Source: Camelus dromedarius
Lineage: Eukaryota
Direction: 5' to 3'
NCBI RefSeq assembly: GCF_036321535.1
Contig: NC_087436.1
Span: 2,542,001 to 2,606,000, forward strand
Length of the DNA: 64,000 nt
Under the pieces are notes generated by a model. That model saw only the letters and a program-made list of their open reading frames with translations, ran no database searches and was not told the DNA's origin. This document shows, in pieces, positions 40,936 to 54,370 of this stretch (positions are counted from its first letter, which is position 1; every line of letters starts with the position of its first letter). A program made the position numbers and the translations under genes.

Positions 40936-41403
40936 TCACTATAAAACAGAGTTGGAGCTAGTACCTCCCCATATATATGTATGGATTGGAGTTTGCAACT
41001 GAAAAGAAACTTTGTGTTCCCAACAAGCTAGGTGAAGTACGGCTTTCACACACATATCTCTCAGAACTGAGCATGTGGAGAGAAGTTCGTTCATCTAGCA
41101 CAAAAATAACGGGTTGCAGGAGAAACTTTTACTCTGGTTTCAGTCTGTTTCCTACTGCCGGTTTGAAGTTCCTGCAGTTTTCACTGTAAAACCGAGTTGG
41201 AGCTAGTACCTCCCCATATATATGTATGAAGTGGAGTTTGCAACTGAAAAGAAACTTTGTGTTCCCAACAAGCTAGGTGATTGACGGCTTTCACACACAC
41301 TTATCTCTCAGAACTGAGCATGTGGAGAGACTTTCGTTCATCTAGCATTAAGGGAACGGTTTGCAGGAGAAACTTTTTCTCTGGTTTCTCAGTCTGTTTC
41401 CTA

Positions 41404-44400
41404 GTGCCGGTCTGAAGTTCCTGCATTTTACACTGTAAAACCGAGATGGAGCTTGTACCTCCCTATATATATGTAAGGAGTGGAGTTTGCAACTGAAAAG
41501 AAACTTTGTGTTCCCAACAAGCTAGGTGAAGGACGGCTTTCACACACACTTATCTCTCAGAACTGAGCATATGGAGAGACGTTCGTTCATCTAGCACAAA
41601 TGGAACCGTTTGCAGGAGAAACTTTTACTCTGGTTTCTCAGTCTGTTTCCTAGTGCCGGTTTGAATTTCCTGCAGTTTTCACTGTAAAACCTAGTTGGAG
41701 CTAGTACCCACCCATATATATGTATGGAGTGGAGTTTGCAACTGAAAAGGAACTTTGTGTTCCCAACAAGCTAGGTGAAGGACGGCTTTCACACACACTT
41801 ATCTCTCAGAACTGAGCATGTGGAGAGAAGTTCGTTCATCTAGCACAAAGGGAACGGGTTGCAGAAGAAACTTTTACTCTGGTTTCTCAGTCTGTTTCCT
41901 AGTGCCGGTGTGAAGTTCCTGCAGTTTTCACTGTAAAACCGAGTTGGAGCTAGAACCTCCCCATATATATGTATGGAGTGGAGTTTACAACTGAAAAGAA
42001 ACTTTGTGTTCCCAACAATCTTGGTGAAGTACGGCTTTCACACACACTTATCTCTGAGAAATGAGCATGTGGAGAGATGTTCGTTCATCTAGCACAAAGG
42101 GAACGTGTTGTAGGAGAAACTATTACTCTGGTCTCTCAGTCTGTTTCCTAGTGCCGGTTTGAAGTTCCTGCAGTTTTCACTGTAAAACCGAGTTGGAGCT
42201 AGTACCTCCCCATATATATGTATGGAGTGGAGTTTGCAACTGAAAAGAAACTTTGTGTTCCAAACAAGCTAGGTGAAGTACGGCTTTCACACACACTTAT
42301 CTCTCAGAACTGAGCATGTGGAGAGACTTTCGTTCATCTAGCACAAAGAGAACGGGTTGCAGGAGTAACTTTTACTCTGGTTTCTCAGTCTGTTTCCTAG
42401 TGCCGGTTTGAAGTTCCTGCAGTTTTCACTGTAAAACCGTGTTGGAGCTAGTACCTCCCTATAAATATGTATGGAGTTGAGTTTGCAACTGAAAGGAAAC
42501 TGTGTTCCCAACAAGCTAGGTGAAGTACGGCTTTCACACACAATTATCTCTGAGAACTGAGCATGTGGAGAGACGTTCGTTCATCTAGCACAAAGGGAAC
42601 GTGATGCAGGAGAAACTTTTACTCTGGTCTCTCAGTCTGTTTCCTAGTACCGGTTTAAGTTCCTGCAGTTTTCAATGTAAAACCGAGTTGGAGCTAGTAC
42701 CTCCCCATATATATGTATGGAATGGAGTTTGCAAATGAAAAGAAACTTTGTGTTCCCAACAAGCTAGGTGAAGGATGGCTTTCACAAACACTTATCTCTC
42801 AGAACTGAGAATTTGGAGACACGTTCGTTCATCTAGCAAAAAGGGAACGTGTTGCAGGGGAAACTTTTACTCTGGTTTCTCAGTCTGTTTCCTAGTGCCG
42901 GTTTGAAGTTCCTGCAGTTTTCACTGTAAAACCGAGTTGGAGCTTGTACCTCCCCATATATATGTATGGAGTGGAGTTTGCAACTGAAAAGAAACTTTGT
43001 GTTCCCAACAAGCTAGGTGAAGGACGGCTTTCACACACACTTATCTCTCACAACTGAGCATGTGGAGAGACTTTCGTTCATCTAGCACAATGGGAAAGGT
43101 TTGCAGGAGAAACATTTTCTCTGGTTTCTCAGTCTGTTTCCTAGTGCCAGTTTGAAATTCCTGCAGTTTTCACTGTAAAACAGAGTTGGAGCTAGTACCT
43201 CCCCATATATATGTATGGATTGGAGTTTGCAACTGAAAAGAAACTTTGTGTTCCCAACAAGCTAGGTGAAGTACGGCTTTCACACACTTATCTCTCAGAA
43301 CTGAGCATGTGGAGAGAAGTTCGTTCATCTAGCACAAAAATAACGGGTTGCAGGAGAAACTTTTACTCTGGTTTCAGTCTGTTTCCTACTGCCGGTTTGA
43401 AGTTCCTGCAGTTTTCACTGTAAAACCGAGTTGGAGCTAGTACCTCCCCATATATATGTATGGAGTGGAGTTTGCAACTGAAAAGAAACTTTGTGTTCCC
43501 AACAAGCTAGGTGATTGACGGCTTTCACACACACTTATCTCTCAGAACTGAGCATGTGGAGAGACTTTCGTTCATCTAGCATTAAGGGAACGGTTTGCAG
43601 GAGAAACTTTTTCTCTGGTTTCTCAGTCTGTTTCCTAGTGCCGGTCTGAAGTTCCTGCATTTTACACTGTAAAACCGAGATGGAGCTTGTACCTCCGTAT
43701 ATATATGTAAGGAGTGGAGTTTGCAACTGAAAAGAAACTTTGTGTTCCCAACAAGCTAGGTGAAGGACGGCTTTCACACACACTTATCTCTCAGAACTGA
43801 GCATATGGAGAGACGTTCGTTCATCTAGCACAAATGGAACCGTTTGCAGGAGAAACTTTTACTCTGGTTTCTCAGTCTGTTTCCTAGCGCCGGTTTGAAT
43901 TTCCTGCAGTTTTCACTGTAAAACCTAGTTGGAGCTAGTACCCACCCATATATATGTATGGAGTGGAGTTTGCAACTGAAAAGGAACTTTGTGTTCCCAA
44001 CAAGCTAGGTGAAGGACGGCTTTCACACACACTTATCTCTCAGAACTGAGCATGTGGAGAGAAGTTCGTTCATCTAGCACAAAGGGAACGGGTTGCAGAA
44101 GAAACTATTACTCTGGTTTCTCAGTCTGTTTCCTAGTGCCGGTGTGAAGTTCCTGCAGTTTTCACTGTAAAACCGAGTTGGTGTTGTACCTACCCATAAA
44201 TATGTATGGAGTGGAGTTTGCAAGTGAAAAGAAACTTTGTGTTCCCAACAAGCTAGTTGAAGACGGTATACACACACATTTATCTCTGAGAACTGAGCAT
44301 GTGGAGAGACGTTCGTTCATCTAGCACAAAGGGAACGTGTTGAAAGAGAAACTTTTACTCTGGTCTCTCAGTCTGTTTCCTAGTGCCGGTTTGAAGTTCC

Positions 44401-47400
44401 TGCAGTTTTCACTGTAAAACCGAGTTGGAGATAGTACCTCCCCATATATATGTATGGAGTTGAGTTTGCAACTGAAAAGAGTCTTTGTGTTCCCTACAAG
44501 CTAGGTGAAGGACGGCTTTCACACACACTTATCTCTCAGAACTGAGCATGTGGAGAGACGTTCATTCATCTAGCACAAAGGGAACGGGTTGCAGGAGAAA
44601 CATTTACTCTGGTTTCTCAGTCTGTTTCCTAGTGCCGGTTGGAAGTTCCTGCAGTTTTCACTGTAAAACCGAGTTGGAGCTAGTGCCTCCCCATATATAT
44701 GTATGGCGTGGAGTTTGCAACTGAAAAGAAACTTTGTGTTCCCAACAAGCTAGGTGAAGGACGGCTTTCACACACACTTATCTCTCAGAACTGAGCATGT
44801 GGAGAGACGTTCGTTCATCTAGCACAAAGGGAACGGGTTGCAGGAGAAACATTTACTCTGGTTTCTCAGTCTGTTTCCTAGTGCCGGTCTGAAGTTCCTG
44901 CATTTTACACTGTAAAACCGAGATGGAGCTTGTACCTCCCTATATATATGTAAGGAGTGGAGTTTGCAACTGAAAAGAAACTTTGTGTTCCCAACAAGCT
45001 AGGTGAAGGACGGCTTTCACACACACTTATCTCTCAGAACTGAGCATATGGAGAGACGTTCGTTCATCTAGCACAAATGGAACCGTTTGCAGGAGAAACT
45101 TTTACTCTGGTTTCTCAGTCTGTTTCCTAGTGCCGGTTTGAATTTCCTGCAGTTTTCACTGTAAAACCTAGTTGGAGCTAGTACCCACCCATATATATGT
45201 ATGGAGTGGAGTTTGCAACTGAAAAGGAACTTTGTGTTCCCAACAAGCTAGGTGAAGGACGGCTTTCACACACACTTATCTCTCAGAACTGAGCATGTGG
45301 AGAGAAGTTCGTTCATCTAGCACAAAGGGAACGGGTTGCAGAAGAAACTTTTACTCTGGTTTCTCAGTCTGTTTCCTAGTGCCGGTGTGAAGTTCCTGCA
45401 GTTTTCACTGTAAAACCGAGTTGGAGCTAGAACCTCCCCATATATATGTATGGAGTGGAGTTTACAACTGAAAAGAAACTTTGTGTTCCCAACAATCTTG
45501 GTGAAGTACGGCTTTCACACACACTTATCTTTGAGAAATGAGCATGTGGAGAGATGTTCGTTCATCTAGCACAAAGGGAACGTGTTGTAGGAGAAACTAT
45601 TACTCTGGTCTCTCAGTCTGTTTCCTAGTGCCGGTTTGAAGTTCCTGCAGTTTTCACTGTAAAACCGAGTTGGAGCTAGTACCTCCCCATATATATGTAT
45701 GGAGTGGAGTTTGCAACTGAAAAGAAACTTTGTGTTCCAAACAAGCTAGGTGAAGTACGGCTTTCACACACACTTATCTCTCAGAACTGAGCATGTGGAG
45801 AGACTTTCGTTCATCTAGCACAAAGAGAACGGGTTGCAGGAGAAACTTTTACTCTGGTTTCTCAGTCTGTTTCCTAGTGCCGGTTTGAAGTTCCTGCAGT
45901 TTTCACTGTAAAACCGTGTTGGAGCTAGTACCTCCCTATAAATATATATGGAGTTGAGTTTGCAACTGAAAGGAAACTTTGTGTTCCCAACAAGCTAGTT
46001 GAAGTACGGCTTTCACACACAATTATCTCTGAGAACTGAGCATGTGGAGAGACGTTCGTTCATCTAGCACAAAGGGAACGTGATGCAGGAGAAACATTTA
46101 CTCTGGTCTCTCAGTCTGTTTCCTAGTACCGGTTTAAGTTCCTGCAGTTTTCAATGTAAAACCGAGTTGGAGCTAGTACCTCCCCATATATATGTATGGA
46201 ATGGAGTTTGCAAATGAAAAGAAACTTTGTGTTCCCAACAAGCTAGGTGAAGGATGGCTTTCACAAACACTTATCTCTCAGAACTGAGAATTTGGAGAGA
46301 CGTTCGTTCATCTAGCAAAAAGGGAACGTGTTGCAGGGGAAACTTTTACTCTGGTTTCTCAGTCTGTTTCCTAGTGCCGGTTTGAAGTTCCTGCAGTTTT
46401 CACTGTAAAACCGAGTTGGAGCTTGTACCTCCCCATATATATGTATGGAGTGGAGTTTGCAACTGAAAAGAAACTTTGTGTTCCCAACAAGCTAGGTGAA
46501 GGACGGCTTTCACACACACTTATCTCTCACAACTGAGCATGTGGAGAGACTTTCGTTCATCTAGCACAATGGGAAAGGTTTGCAGGAGAAACATTTTCTC
46601 TGGTTTCTCAGTCTGTTTCCTAGTGCCAGTTTGAAATTCCTGCAGTTTTCACTGTAAAACAGAGTTGGAGCTAGTACCTCCCCATATATATGTATGGATT
46701 GGAGTTTGCAACTGAAAAGAAACTTTGTGTTCCCAACAAGCTAGGTGAAGTACGGCTTTCACACACTTATCTCTCAGAACTGAGCATGTGGAGAGAAGTT
46801 CGTTCATCTAGCACAAAAATAACGGGTTGCAGGAGAAACTTTTACTCTGGTTTCAGTCTGTTTCCTACTGCCGGTTTGAAGTTCCTGCAGTTTTCACTGT
46901 AAAACCGAGTTGGAGCTAGTACCTCCCCATATATATGTATGGAGTGGAGTTTGCAACTGAAAAGAAACTTTGTGTTCCCAACAAGCTAGGTGATTGACGG
47001 CTTTCACACACACTTATCTCTCAGAACTGAGCATGTGGAGAGACTTTCGTTCATCTAGCATTAAGGGAACGGTTTGCAGGAGAAACTTTTTCTCTGGTTT
47101 CTCAGTCTGTTTCCAAGTGCCGGTCTGAAGTTCCTGCATTTTACACTGTAAAACCGAGATGGAGCTTGTACCTCCCTATATATATGTAAGGAGTGGAGTT
47201 TGCAACTGAAAAGAAACTTTGTGTTCCCAACAAGCTAGGTGAAGGACGGCTTTCACACACACTTATCTCTCAGAACTGAGCATATGGAGAGACGTTCGTT
47301 CATCTAGCACAAATGGAACCGTTTGCAGGAGAAACTTTTACTCTGGTTTCTCAGTCTGTTTCCTAGTGCCGGTTTGAATTTCCTGCAGTTTTCACTGTAA

Positions 47401-48040
47401 AACCTAGTTGGAGCTAGTACCCACCCATATATATGTATGGAGTGGAGTTTGCAACTGAAAAGGAACTTTGTGTTCCCAACAAGCTAGGTGAAGGACGGCT
47501 TTCACACACACTTATCTCTCAGAACTGAGCATGTGGAGAGAAGTTCGTTCATCTAGCACAAAGGGAACGGGTTGCAGAAGAAACTATTACTCTGGTTTCT
47601 CAGTCTGTTTCCTAGTGCCGGTGTGAAGTTCCTGCAGTTTTCACTGTAAAACCGAGTTGGTGTTGTACCTACCCATAAATATGTATGGAGTGGAGTTTGC
47701 AAGTGAAAAGAAACTTTGTGTTCCCAACAAGCTATTTGAAGACGGTATACACACACATTTATCTCTGAGAACTGAGCATGTGGAGAGACGTTCGTTCATC
47801 TAGCACAAAGGGAACGTGTTGAAAGAGAAACTTTTACTCTGGTCTCTCAGTCTGTTTCCTAGTGCCGGTTTGAAGTTCCTGCAGTTTTCACTGTAAAACC
47901 GAGTTGGAGATAGTACCTCCCCATATATATGTATGGAGTTGAGTTTGCAACTGAAAAGAGTCTTTGTGTTCCCTACAAGCTAGGTGAAGGACGGCTTTCA
48001 CACACACTTATCTCTCAGAACTGAGCATGTGGAGAGACGT
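41404..48040. repeat. Tandem 14-monomer duplication (~3478 bp) built on the 9-mer unit
   Basis: GTGCCGGTCTGAAG at 41404/44881; ORF pairs 43211/46690 and 44074/47553 (offset 3479); GAAGAAACTATTA in both copies. The 9-mer period (2234) is seen in ORF pair 40977/43211. Confidence 0.88.
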
Positions 48041-49789
48041 TCGTTCATCTAGCACAAAGGGAACGGTTTGCAGGAGAAACTTTTACTCTGGTTTCTCAGT
48101 CTGTTTCCTAGTGCCGGTTTGAAGTTCCTGCATTTTTCACTGTAAAACCGAGATGGAGCTAGTACCTCCCCATATATATGTATGGAGTGGAGTTTGCAAC
48201 TGAAAAGAAACTTTGTGTTCCCAACAAGCTAGTTGAAGGACGGCTTTCACACACACTTATCTCTCAGAACTGAGCATGTGGAGAGACGTTCGTTCATCTA
48301 GCACAAAGGGAACGGGTTGCAGGTGAAACTTTAACTCTGGTCTCTCAGTCTGTTTCCTAGTGCCGGTTTGAAATTCGTGCGGTTTTCACTGTAAAACCGA
48401 GTTTGAGCTCGTACCTCCCATATATATGTATGGAGTGGAGTTTGCAACTGAAAAGAAACTTTGTGTTCCCAACAAGCTTGGTGAAGGACGGATTTCACAT
48501 ACAATAATCTCTCAGAAATGAGCATGTGGAGAGACGCCCATTGAACTAGCACAAAGGGAACGGGTTGCAGGAGAAACATTTACTCTGGTTTCTCAGTCTT
48601 TTTCCTAGTGCCGTTTTGAAGTTCCTGCAGTTTTCACTCTAAAAGCGAGTTGGAGCTAGTACCTCCCCATATATATTTATGGAGTGGAGTTTGCAACTGA
48701 AAAGAAACTTTGTGTTCATAACAAGCTAGGTGAAGGACGGCATTCACACACACTTATCTCTCAGAACTGAGCATTTGGAGAGTGGTTCGTTCATCTAGCA
48801 AAAAGGGAACGGGTTGCAGGAGAAACTTTTACTCTGGTTTCTCAGTCTGTTTCCTAGTGCCGGTTTGAAGTTCCTGCAGTTTTCACTGTAAAACCGAGTT
48901 GGAGCTAGTACCTCCCCGTAAAAATGTATGGAGTGGAGTTTGCAACTGAAAAGAAACTTTGTGTTCCCAACAAGCTAAGTGAAGGACGGCTTTCACACAC
49001 ACTTATCTCTGAGAACTGAGCATGTGGAGAGACGTTCGTTCATCTAGCACAAATGGAACATTTTGCAGGAGGAACTTTTACTCTGGACTCTCGGTATGTT
49101 TCCTAGTGCCGGTTTGAAGTTACTGCTGTTTACACTGTAAAACCGAGTTGGGGCTAGTACCTCCCCATATATATCTATGGAGTGGAGTTTGCAACTGAAA
49201 AGAAACTTTGTGTTCCCAACAAGCTAGGTGAAGTACGGCTTTCACTCACACTTATCTCTCAGAACTGAGCATGTGGAGAGACGTTCTTTCATCTAGCACA
49301 AAAGGAACGGGTTGCAGGAGAAACTTTTACTCTGGTTTCTCAGTCTGTTTCCTAGTGGCGTTTTGAAGTTCCTGCAGTTTTCACTGTAAAACGGAGTGGG
49401 AGCTTGTACCTCCCCATAAATATTTATGGAGTGGAGTTTGCAACTGAAAAGAAACTTTGTGTTCCCAACAAGCTAAGTGAAGTACGGCTTTCACACACAC
49501 TTATCTCTGAGAACTGAGCATGTGGAGAGACGTTCGTTCATCTAGCACAAAGGAACGTGATGCAGGAGAAACTTTTACTCTGGTCTCTCAGTCTGTTTCC
49601 TAGTGCCGGTTTTAATTTCCTGCAGTTTTCAATGTAAACCCGAGTTGGAGCTAGTACGTCCCCATATATATGTATGGAGTGGAGTTTGCAAATGAATAGA
49701 ATCTTTGTGTTCCCAACAAGCTAGGTGAAGGACGGCTTTCACACACACTTATCTCTCAGAACTGAGCATGTGGAGAGACGTTCGTTCAT

Positions 49790-52700
49790 CAACCAAAAAG
49801 GGAACGGGTTGCAGGGGAAACTTTTACTCTGGTTTCTCAGTCTGTTTCCTAGTGCCGGTTTGAAGTTCCTGCAGTTTTCACTGTAAAACCGAGTTGGAGC
49901 TTGTACCTACCCATATATATGTATGGAGTGGAGTTTGCAACTGAAAAGAAACTTTGTGTTCCCAACAAGCTAGGTGAAGGACGGCTTTCACACACACTTA
50001 TCTCTCACAACTGAGCATGTGGAGAGACTTTCGTTCATCTAGCACAATGGGAACGGTTTGCAGGAGAAACATTTTCTCTGGTTTCTCAGTCTGTTTCCTA
50101 GTGCCAGTTTGAAATTCCTGCAGTTTTCACTGTAAAACAGAGTTGGAGCTAGTACCTCCCCATATATATGTATGGATTGGAGTTTGCAACTGAAAAGAAA
50201 CTTTGTGTTCCCAACAAGCTAGGTGAAGTACGGCTTTCACACACTTATCTCTCAGAACTGAGCATGTGGAGAGAAGTTCGTTCATCTAGCACAAAAATAA
50301 CGGGTTGCAGGAGAAACTTTTACTCTGGTTTCAGTCTGTTTCCTACTGCCGGTTTGAAGTTCCTGCAGTTTTCACTGTAAAACCGAGTTGGAGCTAGTAC
50401 CTCCCCATATATATGTATGGAGTGGAGTTTGCAACTGAAAAGAAACTTTGTGTTCCCAACAAGCTAGGTGAAGGACGGCTTTCACACACACTTATCTCTC
50501 AGAACTGAGCATGTGGAGAGACTTTCGTTCATCTAGCACTAAGGGAACGGTTTGCAGGAGAAACTTTTTCTCTGGTTTCTCAGTCTGTTTCCTAGTGCCG
50601 GTCTGAAGTTCCTGCATTTTACACTGTAAAACCGAGATGGAGCTTGTACCTCCCTATATATATGTAAGGAGTGGAGTTTGCAACTGAAAAGAAACTTTGT
50701 GTTCCCAACAAGCTAGGTGAAGGACGGCTTTCACACACACTTATCTCTCAGAACTGAGCATATGGAGAGACGTTCGTTCATCTAGCACAAATGGAACCGT
50801 TTGCAGGAGAAACTTTTACTCTGGTTTCTCAGTCTGTTTCCTAGTGCCGGTTTGAATTTCCTGCAGTTTTCACTGTAAAACCTAGTTGGAGCTAGTACCC
50901 ACCCATATATATGTATGGAGTGGAGTTTGCAACTGAAAAGGAACTTTGTGTTCCCAACAAGCTAGGTGAAGGACGGCTTTCACACACACTTATCTCTCAG
51001 AACTGAGCATGTGGAGAGACGTTCGTTCATCTAGCACAAACGGAACGGGTTGCAGAAGAAACTTTTACTCTGGTTTCTCAGTCTGTTTCCTAGTGCCGGT
51101 TTGAAGTTCCTGCAGTTTTCACTGTAAAACCGAGTTGGTGTTGTACCTACCCATAAATATGTATGGAGTGGAGTTTGCAAGTGAAAAGAAACTTTGTGTT
51201 CCCAACAAGCTAGTTGAAGACGGTATACACACACATTTATCTCTGAGAACTGAGCATGTGGAGAGACGTTCGTTCATCTAGCACAAAGGGAACGGGTTGC
51301 AGGAGAAACATTTACTCTGGTTTCTCAGTCTGTTTCCTAGTGCCGGTTGGAAGTTCCTGCAGTTTTCACTGTAAAACCGAGTTGGAGCTAGTGCCTCCCC
51401 ATATATATGTATGGAGTGGAGTTTGCAACTGAAAAGAAACTTTGTGTTCCCAACAAGCTAGGTGAAGGACGGCTTTCACACACACTTATCTCTCAGAACT
51501 GAGCATGTGGAGAGACGTTCGTTCATCTAGCACAAAGGGAACGGTTTGCAGGAGAAACTTTTACTCTGGTTTCTCAGTCTGTTTCCTAGTGCCGGTTTGA
51601 AGTTCCTGCATTTTTCACTGTAAAACCGAGATGGAGCTAGTACCTCCCCATATATATGCATGGAGTGGAGTTTGCAACTGAAAAGAAACTTTGTGTTCCC
51701 AACAAGCTAGGTGAAGGACGGCTTTCACACACACTTATCTCTCAGAACTGAGCATGTGGAGAGACGTTCGTTCATCTAGCACAAAGGGAACGGGTTGCAG
51801 GTGAAACTTTTACTCTGGTCTCTCAGTCTGTTTCCTAGTGCCGGTTTGAAATTCGTGCGGTTTTCACTGTAAAACCGAGTTTGAGCTCGTACCTCCCATA
51901 TATATGTATGGAGTGGAGTTTGCAACTGGAAAGAAACTTTGTGTTCCCAACAAGCTAGGTGAAGGACGGCTTTCACACACACGTATCTCTCAGAACTGAG
52001 CATGTGGAGAGACGTTCGTTCATCTAGCACAAAGGAACGGGTTGCAGGAGATAATTTTACTCTGGTTTCTCAGTCTGTTTCCTAGTGCCGTTTTGAAGTT
52101 CCTGCAGTTTTCACTGTAAAACCGAGTTGGAGCTAGTACCTCCCCATAAATATGTATGGAGAGGAGTTTGCAAGTGAAAAGAAACTTTGTGTTCCCAACA
52201 AGCTTGGTGAAGGACGGATTTCACATACAATAATCTCTCAGAAATGAGCATGTGGAGAGACGCCCATTGAACTAGCACAAAGGGAACGGGTTGCAGGAGA
52301 AACTTTTACTCTGGTTTCTCAGTCTTTTTCCGAGTGCATTTTTGAAGTTCCTGCAGTTTTCACTGTAAAACCGAGTTGGAGCTAGTATCTCCCCATATAT
52401 ATGTATGGACTGGAGTTTGCAACTGAAAAGAAACTTTGTGTTCCCAACAAGCTGGGTGAAGGACGGATTTCACACACACTTATCTCTCAGAACTGAGCAT
52501 GTGGAGAGAAGTTCGTTCATCTAGCACAAAGGGAACGAATTGCAGGAGAAATATTTACTCTGGTTTCTCAGTCTGTTTCCTAGTGCCGGTTGGAATTTCC
52601 TTCAGTTTTCAATGAAAAACAGTGTTGGAACTAGTACCTCCCCATATATATGTAAGGATTGGTGTTTGCAACTGAAAAGAAACTTTGTGTTCCCAACAAT

Positions 52701-54370
52701 TTTGGTGAAGGACTGCTTTCTCATGCACTTATCTCTCAGAACTGAGCATGTGGAGAGACGTTCGTTCATCTAGCACAAACGGAGCGTGTTGCAGTAGAAA
52801 CTTTTACTCTGGTTTCTCAGTCTGTTTCCTAGTGCCGGTTTGAAGTTCCTGCAATTTTCACTGTAAAACCGAGTTGGAGCTTGTACCTCCCCATGTATAT
52901 GTATGGAGTGGGGTTTGCAAGTGAAAAGAAACTTTGTGTTCCCAACAAGCTAGGTGAAGGACGGCTTTCACACACACTTATCTCTCAGAACTGAGCATTT
53001 GGAGAGTGGTTCGTTCATCTAGCACAAAGGGAACGGGTTGCAGGAGAAACTTTTACTCTGGTTTCTCAGTCTGTTTCCTAGTGCCGGTTTGAAGTTCCTG
53101 CAGTTTTCACTGTAAAACCGAGTTGGAGCTAGTACCTCCCCGTAAAAATGTATGGAGTGGAGTTTGCAAATGAAAAGAAACTTTGTGTTCCCAACAAGCT
53201 AAGTGAAGGACGGCTTTCACACACACTTATCTCTGAGAAATGAGCATGTGGAGAGACGTTCGTTCATCTAGCACAAATGGAACATGTTGCAGGAGGAACT
53301 TTTACTCTGGACTCTCGGTCTGTTTCCTAGTGCCGGTTTGAAGTTACTGCTGTTTACACTGTAAAACCGAGTTGGGGCTAGTACCTCCCCATATATATCT
53401 ATGGAGTGGAGTTTGCAACTGAAAAGAAACTTTGTGTTCCCAACAAGCTAGGTGAAGTACGGCTTTCACTCACACTTATCTCTCAGAACTGAGCATGTGG
53501 AGAGACGTTCGTTCATCTAGCACAAAAGGAACGGGATGCAGGAGAAACTTTTACTCTGGTTTCTCAGTCTGTTTCCTAGTGGGGTTTTGAAGTTCCTGCA
53601 GTTTTCACTGTAAAACGGAGTGGGAGCTTGTACCTCCCCATAAATATTTATGGAGTGGAGTTTGCAACTGAAAAGAAACTTTGTGTTCCCAACAAGCTAG
53701 GTGAAGTAAGCTTTCACACACACTTATCTCTGAGAACTGAGCATGTGGAGAGACGTTCGTTCATCTAGCACAAAGGGAACGTGTTGCAGGACAAACTATT
53801 ACTCTGGTCTCTCAGTCTGTTTCCTAGTGCCGGTTTGAAGTTCCTGCAGTTTTCACTGTAAAACCGAGTTGGAGCTATTACCTCCCCATATATATGTATG
53901 GAGTGGAGTTTGCAACTCAAAAGAAACTTTGTGTTCCAAACAAGGTAGGTGAAGTACGGCTTTCACACACACTTATCTCTCAGAACTGAGCATGTGGAGA
54001 GACGTTCGTTCATCTAGCACAAAGGGAACGGTTTGCAGGAGAAACTTTTACTCTGGTTTCAGTCTGTTTCCTACTGCCTGTTTGAAGTTCCTGCAGTTTT
54101 CACTGTAAAACCGAGTTGGAGCTAGTACCTCCCCATATATATGTATGGAGTGGAGTTTGCAACTGAAAAGAAACTTTGTGTTCCCAACAAGCTAGGTGAA
54201 GGACGGCTTTCACACACACTTATCTCTCAGAACTGAGCATATGGAGAGACGTTCGTTCATCTAGCACAAATGGAACCGTTTGCAGGAGAAACTTTTACTC
54301 TGGTTTCTCAGACTGTTTCCTAGTGCCGGTTTGAATTTCCTGCAGTTTTCACTGTAAAACCGAGTTGGAG
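49790..54370. repeat. Copy of ~32150-36730 at a 17641 bp offset (~71 monomers)
   Basis: Four ORF pairs share the exact offset 17641 (32527/50168, 33390/51031, 34135/51776, 34899/52540); shared TATATATGCATGG, CAACTGGAAAG and CCGAGTGCATTTTT. Confidence 0.92.

Noticed and set aside
46690..50380. Third copy of a regular 14-mer HOR (ORF spacing 3479 then 3478)
   Set aside because: The monomer content of ~48.0-49.8 kb differs from that of ~44.9-46.3 kb, so the equal spacing is coincidental.
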